DNA of 64,000 bases. It comes from Hormiphora californensis. Taxonomy: Eukaryota > Animalia > Ctenophora. The DNA is taken from the NCBI GenBank assembly GCA_020137815.1, contig CM035357.1, positions 5,766,001-5,830,000 on the forward strand, read 5' to 3'. How positions within the stretch are numbered: the stretch's first letter is position 1; each line of letters opens with the position of its first letter. The translations under genes were made by a program, and so were the position numbers. A model generated the notes under the pieces. That model was not told the DNA's origin and did not search any database. It was given only the letters and a program-made list of their open reading frames with translations. This document shows, piece by piece, positions 43,592 to 64,000 of this stretch.

Positions 43592-44677
43592 CCTATTAGC
43601 ATGTTAAGGAACTTGCCAAAGTCTTGGACTGGGAGAGGGCGCCGTTACGATCTGGGTGTTTGGAGGCCTGTTTACAGGTGCCCGCTGCCAAAAAGTTCAT
43701 TCACTAAAATGGCTCTAACCGCCAAACCACTCAACCGTTTTGGCTGATTCAAAGTTTATCTGGTAGGGAATGTCAAGGCCTAACCTTAACCCTAACCCTA
43801 CTTTAGCCCTAACCCTAAAAAACCGTTTGTCAGCACTCCCAAAACACCCAGATTTTAACGCTGGCCACTGGGAGACGGAGAGGGAGTCCCAGAAAGTCAA
43901 AAAGAAAACGGAAAAAACAAAACAAAAACGTAACAAAAATCGACCTCAGCTTCAGCAGACGAAAGATTATGAAAATTTCTATTTTTGAGTTAAATGCGCT
44001 GCATTTCTTTGAAAGTAATGGAACGCGCGAAATTTTGAGGATATGGTTTAGCCGCGCGTCTTAAATTCTTGAATCTTGAATATTTTTCGAATCCTCAGAT
44101 TTTGTGACTCAGTTTCGTGTTCGCGTTCTGACTCTTCCGCCTGCTCCCTGCTATGCCTGTTTGGCCTCCGATGCACACTTTTCAGGGTCATCCGGCAAAG
44201 GAACTCATCGGTGGCCAATGTATTTCCTAAGTCTAACAAACTTTAAACCCTTTGAACTTTGGATTATTGCCAAATCATCGTTTTTGGTTGTCCAGACGGT
44301 AGACGGGTGACGGGTCAGGGATCCCTTTCAATCATTGGGGTATGGTTAGTAATATCAATCATATACCATTTTGTTATGGCGGCACCCTTGCTACTAAATT
44401 GGTCAAAGTGACAAGTGTAATTTTTGGCAGGTACCGTCTACCAGCATGCTCCTGTAACTGGGCTTGTGAAATGTAAATAGGCTTAAAGGGAATATGTTTT
44501 AACGGTTAAAATTTAACCCCCCCCCTACTCAGTGATCAGTTCCTGATTACTCTGATCTAATTTTTCCTAACCACACTTGAATATATTTTGTGTTTGTTGT
44601 TCAAAACAGCACTTGCCAGTTACCAGTAAACTAGTTCTTCAAAAACTAAAAGCACCTTTATCGTAGCAAGAGGTAGG

Positions 44678-47141
44678 ATGGACCCAGCCTATGGTCCACC
44701 TTGTAAATCGATCTTCATCAAAAACCTGCCCTTCAACTCTGGGGAGAAGGAAATTCGACCTGTATTTAGCAAGTTCGGCCGCATCAGAGACATCTACGTT
44801 CCCTTGGATTACCATACAAAAGTACCCTAAAGATAGCTGTCATTATCTAAAGATTGATGATTCGAAATTGTAACACTCGTTTTAGGAACCCCGGGGATTT
44901 GCCTACATCGAGTTTGACCAGCTTGAAGATGCCGTAGCAGCCCTAAAAGCAGCCGATGGCTGTCGAATATTGGACCGTCAACTCGCCATGAAGTTCGCGG
45001 AAGGAGACCGAAAGAACCCAGGTGCTAAGAGTGGTAAAAGACAAAGAGAAGATTCTGCAAAGATCGCCATCTCTCCCCTCTCTTCAATTCTTAAGTATTA
45101 CAAGATCTGAAGATGTATTTTGAGACCCCCCTCTAACCCTCCCTACAGGACAGATGAGAAATAAAGATCCACGTGCTGGAAGTGGAGGCAGGAAGAGTCC
45201 TAGACGCCGTTCTCCTGCTCCTCCACGCCGATCTCCACCACTATCACATCGACGTGGTAGATCTCCTCCTCTTGAGAGGCGTGGTAGATCTCCTCCTCTT
45301 GAGAGACGCGGTAGATCCCCTCCCATAGAGAGACGAGGCAGGTCTCCACCCCCAGAGCGACGTGCCAGAACCCCACCCCTTGAGCGACGAGGCAGGTCTC
45401 CTCCCATAGAGAGACGAGGCAGGTCTCCTCCAGTTAATGAGCGGCGAGGCAGGTCTCCTCCTATTGAGAGACGAGGCAGGTCCCCTCCTATTGAGAGACG
45501 AGGCAGGTCTCCTCCTATACTTGAAAGACAAGGCAGGTCTCCGCCCCGTCGTAGGTCTCCACCCCGGGTTCATCAAGGTCTCATATCCCCTGACAGATCT
45601 CGGCCTCTTCTCAGAGATCCAGGACGATCTCCTCCCCGAGCAGCAAGGGCCAGGACACCATCACCTGCACCACCAAGACATGCCTCACCTGAGAGGAGGG
45701 GACACAGGGGAGATGATGGTAGAAGACCACTTCTTTCCTCTCGAAATGAACTTCCTATGGTTCCTACTGTTACGGTTAGAAATGAAAGAGCTCTGAGGGG
45801 TGAGTCTCCACCTAGAGGTAGTAGCGGAAGGGCGCCACTCAACTTGATGACTGTAACGATCGATGGTGACCGGAGACCTCCTTCTCCCCCGAGAAGGAGA
45901 AGATCCCCAATTATAAACCGGGCCCTCTCTCCAGTACGACCAGCAGCTCCTAGGTCCCCTCCACCCAGGCAAAGGGGAAGATCTCCAGAACATCAACAAA
46001 GAGGAAGATCACCACCACTTCTACAACGAGCCACTGTAGTTGATCATAGAGCGAGGTCTCCTCCAAGAGCCAGGACCCCTCCCAGAGTCACTGATCACAG
46101 ACCCAGAACACCTCCTCCCAGACAAGCGGCCAGGACTCCCCCACCAAGGGACTATAGAGAGAGATTACCCGTCCGAAACTTTAGAGAACGATCTCCTCCC
46201 AGGGTCGCTGAACCGAGGGCTAGAACACCTCCAAGAGTAACAGACCACCGTGTACGGACTCCCCCACGGCAGAGAGCCAGAACACCACCTGGGGATCATC
46301 GAGCAAGGACGCCTCCTCCTAGGGTAGCTGATCGCAGAGCGAGGACTCCTCCGAGAAATCACCAAGCAAGAACTCCACCAAGGGCAGCAAGATCACCGCC
46401 CCGTGCAGCTAGAGATATGGCACCCCAAGGAGAACACAGGAGAGGGGGAAGGACACCAGAACGAAGAGGGGGGAGGACACCACCACCAGTTGAGAGATCA
46501 CCAAAACGATCAGGATCATATCACTCCAAATTCTCTCCACAACCAGCACGTAGAACCCGTTCATCACCCCCTAGAGCTTCATCCCCACCACCCAGACGAA
46601 CCCTCCTAGAGCGACCCCCACCCACACGTACCGACCACCACCACCAGAGCAGCAGCAGTTCACATCATCATGTGAGGGCGGAGGGAGGACGCCGCCCCTA
46701 CAACTCAGGACGATCTGCACCTTTAAGGAGGAGGCGAAGTAGCAGTCCGCGGGAGAGGAGAGGGGAGGGAGAGAGGATAAAGAGAGCTAGGAGTCCCGGG
46801 AATCATCGATCCAGGGATCAGGAGCCAGGCACACCAGCTGGACAGAGAGATGGAGTGGAGACACCCCCTGAGAGGCGATGGTCCGGGGAACAGGATGAAA
46901 TTGTAAGCAAGAGAGATGGAAAAGGTTAAAGGAGAGAGGAGAAGGGGAAGGAGAAAGAGAGAGAAAGAAGGGAAGGAGAAGGAGAAGGAGAGAGAAAGGG
47001 GAAGGAGAAGGAGAAAGAGAGAGAGAGAGGGGGATATGAAGTGAAGGGAAAGAATGAAGCTCAAACAGAAGAATATTTCTAACATTGCTTGTGTTTCAGT
47101 TTTTTGTTGATGAAGCAGAATTCAACGAACTTGACATGTGA
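44678..47141 (+). CDS. SRSF10/12-like RRM protein with a ~590-aa RSPP/RTPP-repeat low-complexity tail
   Basis: Exons 44678-44821, 44886-45021, 45149-46902, 47100-47141. RRM SIFIKNLP...FSKFGRIRDIYVPLDYHTKEPRGFAYIEF...FAEGDRKNPGQMR; ends FFVDEAEFNELDM*. Probable 3'-UTR intron 47180-47534. Confidence 0.85.
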
Positions 47142-47608
47142 AGGTGCTGACTGCAGAGGTTCAACCAAAGGTTCCCAAGGTGAGTAGCTATCTCTTTTTC
47201 CTTGTCCTCTGTTCTTCTACTTATCCTATGTTCGTTAGTGAATACATATATGCAACAAATGGGATGGGCTTCTTAGGTTTATTTTTGCGGCTATATGACT
47301 CTGTAGGAGTATTATAGCATAGTGCAAACACTTGTCGGCTTCAATTGAGAGTGTATTATAATACGGCGTGCCTAAGACATCAAAGAGAGACGTGATAGGA
47401 AGTAGCGGGTATAGTTATACACAAGGAGCTAAGGTGGAACACAAGAAGCAGGTCTTTCTTTGTCTCATACTCAGGGTGTATATATACTGAGATAGTGAGA
47501 CCCCCCATTCTAACGACTGTCACCATTGTTTCAGATTAGAGACGAGAGAAGGAGATCATCTCTTTATCAAGTGACAATATATCAAGTGATGGGTCTCGTG
47601 AACACGCA

Positions 47609-47677
<69 letters not shown>

Positions 47678-48827
47678 GCGGCGTGAGAATGTGAGAGAGA
47701 GAGCCACAGACACACACAACAGGCAGAACACTGTCAGTTCTTATTTATTTCCATTTTGTACCACTTTTAACTCTTTGCGTTTTGAAATCACATCTTTTAT
47801 TTTGTGAGAGTGTTGTTCTCTGATCGGTGAGCTCAAGAGCGATATATTTTCAAGGCAAGAATATTGATTCGGGTAAGTGTAATACCTGTGTGTTGAAATG
47901 CAAAATCCTAAAATATATTATTGGCCTTTATTGTTAAAAAATTAAAAATAAATATATTTTATTAAAATCTCTCGCTGTGTATTTACCCTCCCTCCCCGTG
48001 CTCCCTTACAGGCGTCTCAAGACAAGACCTCTCCGTTTTTGCAATACAAGACAAGACCTTTAGAGAAAAGACATTTGTGGGTGTCGCAAGACTAGAAAAA
48101 GACAAGTAGATAGTAGAGACAAGATAAAGATCTGTAGAACATGTACCCTACCTTTAGAGTAAGACTAATATCTGTGTGCATCACAACACCTGTCTCACTG
48201 CCAGAATGTTCATTCAATCTAAACCCCCCGGTTCATGTCTTCTGAGCATCATTACACTCTTTATTGCGACAAAACGATTTAAAGAAATTCTCAGCCGCAT
48301 TCGTTCTTTGCAATGATCCCTCTTTTCTTTCACGATCCTTCTCGAAGTTTCTTCACTCGTGACTACTCTTGCACATTGCAAACGTGATATACGAGGGACA
48401 GGGGGAATGTCGTTCAGTATAAAATGCATGTTACACGGTGGTACACTGTGCTGTGTGTAATAAGCAATTATATCACTCACCGATATATTTCGCTTAATAA
48501 TTGGTTTAACTGCCATCTCTCAACTACCTTCTTTTTTAACAGTTTGATTGTCATCTCAATAGAGCATGTTTTTTTCTACTTCCTTTTTTACCCTTTCAAT
48601 CTCACAAGCTAAGATCATTATTCACTAAACAATCCCATATTTGATATCCCCTAAAATTCAACATATTTTAACCCTTCATTCCCTGAACTACCCTATACTT
48701 CTTCCACCTGTGCCCCGAACCCCATTCTCCATCCCCTGACTCTTCCCTCCACTCCCCATACTCCACTCCCCTGACCCCATTCTCTACTCCACTCCTCTGA
48801 CCCCATTCTCCGTGTGTTCAGGTGCCA

Positions 48828-49526
48828 ATGTCAAGTAGAAGCAGGAGCGACAACCACTACGGTGGTCATGGTGGACGCCGGGAACGTGATCGCCGCACCT
48901 CCCTCTACATCCGTAACGTTGCGTACAACATCAAGAACGACGATATTGCCAAGGTGTTTTCCCGGTATGGCCACATTCGGGATGTCTACATTCCCGTGGA
49001 CTACTACAGCAAGGAACCACGAGGGTTTGCTTATGTCGAGTTCGAGAGTTACCGGGATGCTCGGGATGCAATGGACGAGCTGGATGGATACAGACTAATG
49101 GACAGGGAGATAGAGGTTCAGTTTGCTGAGGGAGACAGGAAGAATCCCAACTCAATGCGGAGGAAGGAGTATACCCGGGGATCAGGTGGTGGAAGGAGGG
49201 GTTACAGTCGGAGCAGGAGTAGGAGCCCCAAACGGAGGAGGAGCAGGTCGCCCCGTGGGAGGAGGAGGAGCGATAGAAGGAGTGATAGTAGGAGCAGGAG
49301 TGGACGGAGTGCTAGCAGGAGCCCTTCCAGGAGCCGCAGCCGGGGCAAGAGCGGGAGTAGGAGTGTTAGCAAGAGTGTTAGCAAAGACCGGAGTGTGAGT
49401 AGAGACAAAAGTGGGGAGAGAAGTGAGGGAGGCAGGGAGGAGAGGAGTGCAAGTAGGGAGAGGGGCAAGAAGAAGAAGAGGAGAGAGAGGTCTAGGAGTG
49501 CTTCCCGATCTCCCTCCAGAGACTAA
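48828..49526 (+). CDS. SRSF10: SRSF10/SRSF12-like SR splicing factor, intronless CDS
   Basis: TSLYIRNV...FSRYGHIRDVYIPVDYYSKEPRGFAYVEF...IEVQFAEGDRKNPNSMR followed by an RS domain; acceptor CAG at 48819-48821. Confidence 0.88.
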   Translation: MSSRSRSDNHYGGHGGRRERDRRTSLYIRNVAYNIKNDDIAKVFSRYGHIRDVYIPVDYYSKEPRGFAYVEFESYRDARDAMDELDGYRLMDREIEVQFAEGDRKNPNSMRRKEYTRGSGGGRRGYSRSRSRSPKRRRSRSPRGRRRSDRRSDSRSRSGRSASRSPSRSRSRGKSGSRSVSKSVSKDRSVSRDKSGERSEGGREERSASRERGKKKKRRERSRSASRSPSRD

Positions 49527-49914
49527 AATAACAGTTACCCTTTCAATGCCAAGACAATAACCAGATGAGACGTGTAGAGTCTACAGAGAAACAGTCGAGA
49601 ATGAGAGAGAGATAGAGCAAGAGAGATAGAGCGAGAGAGTTTTTCATACCATGTTATATCGTTTTTACCTACAAATATTATTACAGCACAATGCTATGTG
49701 TAAGAAAAAGTGAAAGGACAAAATTGAAAAAGTTAAATGAAGGAAAGAAAGAGAAATGTTAGAAGGAAAGAGAGAAATGTTAGAAAGTGTTTTTGATGTA
49801 TTTGTGTACTCTTGTATACCTCCAACATTGTATTGCCCCCCAAACAGAGCCACCGAGTAATTACTGTAATGGATTAGTGCGTGGCCGCCTGCACTGCTTG
49901 TCAATCCCGTGCTC

Positions 49915-50028
<114 letters not shown>

Positions 50029-50672
50029 TCTCTCACTCTCTCTTTATCTCTCTCTATCCCTCTCTCTCTCTCTCTCTCTCATACCATGCAATACTCTACC
50101 ACACTCTGACAGATCTCAACGCACTCCGCCACCGTGCATCTCCCTCTCATTCATCTCCAGCCGGCGGCCGGCCAGTCGGTTGGTTTGATTTTAGTTTCAT
50201 TTTAACACTCTGACTGCATATCAAATATATTCATAGCCCACCTTAGCACCCATTCTCGGCTTTCATGATTATCTGATCATTTGTTTTCTCTCACACGGCG
50301 AATAATCGTGAACATTCTATGATTTTCCCTTTTTCGATTGTCGATCCTTCCCCTCCTTTCTTTACCCGCCTCTTTTGAAACTAGCACGCGGCCACGCAAT
50401 CTTGTATGGAAAGTACCCTTGTTTTCGCGCGCTTTCCGCAACATTCCCGGGCATCCTAAACCAAACTCCACCTTGTCTGACGGCGCCGCTCCTGTTCGGC
50501 TGTCTGGCGGCGCCAGATCAGGTCGGCGCCGCCAGACAGCCCCTGGGGAGCATGATTCCATCGGCCATACATTATCAGATATCAGTTGTTTGTCTCATCT
50601 AGCATATGTTCTTGCCCACTGACCCCAACCAAACTCGCCCTATTCCGATTCAGGTTGCCCTGATACCTTAAA

Positions 50673-51185
50673 ATGGCCACTACCCTACCAGGCCATCACC
50701 ACCATCACGGTGGCCCCCTCCTCTTCTCCGAGACATTCCGCCTCCTCGCACAAGACTGCACCACCCCAATCGCCCCTGACATCCTACTCGGCAAGGTGGT
50801 GTGCCTCCTATTCGGTGCTAGTTGGTCTCCTCCCTTCCTTGATTTTCTAGATCAATTCCGAACATTTTACAACGAACTCCAAGCAGATGATGCGCCCCTG
50901 GAGGTGATCTATATTAGTTTCGACCGGTCTGAGGCGGAGATGAGAGCCCTTGTTGAGGGGAGTTTCCCGGAATCCTGGGTTTGTATCCCGCATGGCCACA
51001 ACATGGTGAACTATTTGAAATTAAAATACAGTGTGGTGGTGATTCCTAAGCTGATAGTGGTGAGAGATAACGGGGCAGTTATAACTGATAAGGGGGTTAA
51101 AGATATCAGGAAATGGAGCAAAAGGTGTTTTACAAGTTGGTACAATGCGGCCAATAATAACCCTGAAACTGCCAACCCTACCTGA
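50673..51185 (+). CDS. Nucleoredoxin-like (NXNL/tryparedoxin-type) thioredoxin-fold protein without CxxC
   Basis: LLGKVVCLLFGASWSPPF, LEVIYISFDRSEAEM, LKLKYSVVVIPKLIVVRDNGAVIT. Confidence 0.85.
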   Translation: MATTLPGHHHHHGGPLLFSETFRLLAQDCTTPIAPDILLGKVVCLLFGASWSPPFLDFLDQFRTFYNELQADDAPLEVIYISFDRSEAEMRALVEGSFPESWVCIPHGHNMVNYLKLKYSVVVIPKLIVVRDNGAVITDKGVKDIRKWSKRCFTSWYNAANNNPETANPT

Positions 51186-51905
51186 GGTTCATTGGGTGGA
51201 GTGGGAGTGTTCGAGTAAGAGACATAGGGTATTATATCGAGTGGAATTTGTGATACAGTGGTTGAGTACAGCAGTGAGGTGATGAAACATTAATCAGATG
51301 TCCCGGACCGACCCAATGACAGTAAAAACACACGACTCATCATTTGAAAATCTTGAACACGAATCAAAACAAAAACAACAAACTTGGGCACACATTCTCT
51401 CTTCCTCTCTCCACTAGACCCTATAGTGAGGCTACTCTCTACTGCTGCAGATACTCGAAATGGGGGGTATCAGGATGTTAGCATCCCTCTCTCAAAAAGA
51501 GGAATTCTGTAGTTAAATCTGTTTCTCTTTTTTTCTTCTTTTTTAATAGTGCAACCCTGAATATAAGAAAAAGAATACCACGCACACTTCATATATCTAC
51601 GTAAGGGTCTGTGTTTACACGTCTCTTTTTTCATAGCATAGCAAAAAGTCTTTTAACATTTTAATTGTATGTATTAACTGTCCACTTTCAGTCCTCGCTC
51701 TCTCTGGAAGAACGTGTCTATCTCTCTGTGTATGATTAAAAACAAGAAACGTCTATCCCAGAATACACAATACACGGTACACACACACACATTGCTCAAA
51801 ATTCGAATGGAGATGGCATTGTAAGGGAGATGTAGGTAGAGAGGATGCTTTCACCTCTCAAACACACAATCCCACACTCACGCACATAATCCCGGGTGGC
51901 TGCCT

Positions 51906-61717
<9,812 letters not shown>

Positions 61718-61781
61718 CTTAGTTCGAATTGAGCTAACACGGGGAGATAGCGTTATTAACTCAGTAAGGGATAATAATATA

Positions 61782-62681
61782 TTAGAGTGATTCATAATGA
61801 TTTTCAATTGCGATTTTTTTTGCTTCATGTTCATCGGGGCAATAAAATTTTTATAGGACCTTGTTCCTGACACAATTTCGGTCTCCTAACATCCTTGGTA
61901 AAGATCTGACAAACTTTTTTCCCAAGGCTACACCCCATTTTCTAGTGTTTGACCATACTACCGTCTCACTTTCCAAATAATCGTCAAAATGCAAGCAAAA
62001 ATTTTGGAAAACGACCTGTTTTGCTCATGAAGTAGTTCATTCTATCAGTTGTCATCGCAAACAACCGATTTTGAGCCGAAAAAGTTGCTGGATTGGAGTA
62101 GGGGGCTAATAATTGCTCGAAATATGGCCCGAAAAGCCAAAAAAATTGCTCGTTTTTGCGCGACTTTTTTCAACTTCAATTTTAGACCTTCTAAGACACT
62201 CAAAACCACCAGATAACTTCAGGGTCATATAGAGCATGGTTTAATTCATATTTTGAGCGCTAAATCTTGACAAAAGACCGACTAGGTCCCGAGCCACAGC
62301 AATTCAAAGTGAAAAAAGGGCTTTTTGACTGAATTCTAAAAATAGCCCACAAAATCAAGGGTGAAAATCGGATGAACTTGATTTTCCTCAAATATCCCCA
62401 AAATAGGTTATTCTAGCCCTACAAGGAGCCCTGAGTCTATCTGTATCTGTTTACGGATTCTACAAGGCTAACATCGAGACCTGAATTTTGTGCACGTAGA
62501 CCGCAAAAAAGCTTAACTTCAGAAATTGTCTGTCACCGGTTACGTAAAACCATCCTGAACTTCAAACATGGTCGATGGGTTCTAAAATTGTCCAAACTAA
62601 TCGCTTCTGTAAAAATTTTTGGTCCCTAGTGTCTAAGTGCACTCAGAAAGAGCGATTGAAAATCATTATGAATCACCCTAA
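61782..62681. mobile_element. TIR element with TA TSD immediately upstream of Rab7
   Basis: TA-TTAGAGTGATTCATAATGATTTTCAAT ... ATTGAAAATCATTATGAATCACCCTAA-TA. Confidence 0.8.
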
Positions 62682-62688
62682 TACATTA

Positions 62689-62839
62689 CAGTGGTGCTCC
62701 GTCATATTGGCCGCCCGCACAAAGCGTCGCCAAAAGTGTTCTCCACAGTCCGCTGACATTGAATACCTTTTTTTTGCATCTTGTATAGCGCTTTAGGCGG
62801 TGCTGTGCGGGCGACCAATATATGACGGAGCAACAATTG
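62689..62839. mobile_element. Small MITE
   Basis: GTGCTCCGTCATATTGGCCGCCCGCACA ... TGTGCGGGCGACCAATATATGACGGAGCA. Confidence 0.7.
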
Positions 62840-63426
62840 TTTCAGACAAAACTAATTAGTAGTTAGTTAGAAAGCACTATATCAGTGGAATTCCGAATTA
62901 CTACCAAAATCGACCATGTTAGCAGTCTGCAATTAGACACGTACAAGAGAGGGAGACAGAGAGATTATAGAGGGAGAGAAAAGATACGGAGAAAAAAATA
63001 CAGATAAAGTGAGAGAAAGCAAGAAAAAGACAAAGAGTGAAAGCGAGAGAAAGGTAGAACCTGTAAAACCGACAAAAAGGGGTAGCAGGGTTTGTATTAC
63101 ATGGGGGTTCTGATTAGATAACAGCCATATCGAATGTACCATGTGTAGCTCTCTCTCTCCTGCTGTTCAGAGTGCATAGCAGTGTGAAAACACATGCTTG
63201 CAAAAATCAACTGAGACACGATCATGAAAGTCAAACAATTCATTATGCATGTGGTTAATTACACACTATGCAGTGTACATTTTAATTATCATAGTTCATA
63301 CTATCAGGTTGAGAACCCTTACAACTCTAGTATGGGGGTTGAAGCACCGTGAGATAATGAGTAAACACACACGCACAGTATTCGCAATTTGCAGTATTGT
63401 AGTTTTAGTTTTTACTTAGTACATGA

Positions 63427-63588
63427 TAGTCGGACCCCGATTTAACAGGAAGCTGGGGGAAAGGGTTCTGCCCGGTATATCGGGGTGCCCGGTATATTTC
63501 GGGGGCAAATACTATGTATTATTTTCTTGAGCTACATCGGGGTTATCCTCCCGGTAAATCGGGGTTCTGGTAAATCGGGGTCCGACTG
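63427..63588. mobile_element. MITE of the CAGTCGGACCCCGATTTA family
   Basis: AGTCGGACCCCGATTTA ... TAAATCGGGGTCCGACTG; same TIR as 14174 and the fragment ending at ~56036. Confidence 0.85.
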
Positions 63589-63795
63589 CAGTTGGTGACA
63601 CACGGATGACCAACATCATGAGAGGACAGGAGACACCACAAGCATTGGAGATCGCCGCACAAGATAGTTGAGACACTGGATTCAATAACAATCATAACTC
63701 CCAATTCCCATCGATCTCTCATGCGACATGCGTGTAGTGTCTCATATGTTTCTCTATAATTGTGGGCCGGGTTATCTCCACCTATGTGTGTTACC

Positions 63796-63992
63796 TACAG
63801 TCTCCCGGAAGCCAAAAACATCAAAAATTCCCGCGGGGTTTTGCCCTCTCGAGTCTTGACCGGTGACGCTGGGGACTTGTAGCTCCTAGAACCCACCGGC
63901 GGTGTGTTTGCTGAGTGTTTGACACCCTCTGGAACCTGGACCCAGACGTACAGAGTTCGGAGAGCAGCCGCCGGAAGCCCAGGTTCGTTCCT
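63796..63992 (-). CDS. Possible exon of a gene entering from beyond the window edge; product unknown
   Basis: GC-richer segment after a TTTTAG acceptor with one open frame (NEPGLPAAALRTLYVWVQVPEG...) and donor-like sites near 63796. No homology recognised. Confidence 0.3.
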
Positions 63993-64000
63993 AAAAAATG

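Noticed and set aside
43779-43818. Telomere-like CCCTAA repeats
   Set aside because: Short, degenerate and interstitial; probably part of a small repeat element interrupting the LINE relic.
44822-44885. U12-type intron in SR gene 1
   Set aside because: Donor GTACCCTA deviates from the GTATCCTT consensus and there is no clear TCCTTAAC branch site.

Overview
Eukaryotic (animal) genomic DNA, gene-dense and intron-rich, with many MITEs. The repeat content and compact introns suggest a cydippid ctenophore (Pleurobrachia/Hormiphora-like); this is recall-based inference, not verified. I reconstructed these genes by hand from GT-AG junctions: nischarin-like PX-LRR (-), UBC9/UBE2I (+), U1A/U2B'' snRNP protein (-), Nup98-Nup96 (-, with about 4 single-base frameshifts that look like assembly errors), a secreted SRCR-like gene nested in a Nup98 intron (-), Siah (-), two tandem SRSF10/12-like RRM genes (+), a nucleoredoxin-like protein lacking both active-site cysteines (+), Rab7 (-), and a 7-exon cathepsin-L-like/2xShKT gene (+) nested in Rab7 intron 1. 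Two observations stand out. (1) The nested cathepsin-ShKT gene lies inside a 5.4-kb composite element with poly-G/poly-C-capped ends and an exact 8-bp target-site duplication, matching other G-capped MITEs in the window. This is a Pack-like transposon that appears to have created a nested gene. (2) Intron-exon junctions are repeatedly amplified in tandem. The clearest case is 18 copies of the UBC9 branch point + acceptor + catalytic-Cys codon, of which only the last leads directly into the intact exon.
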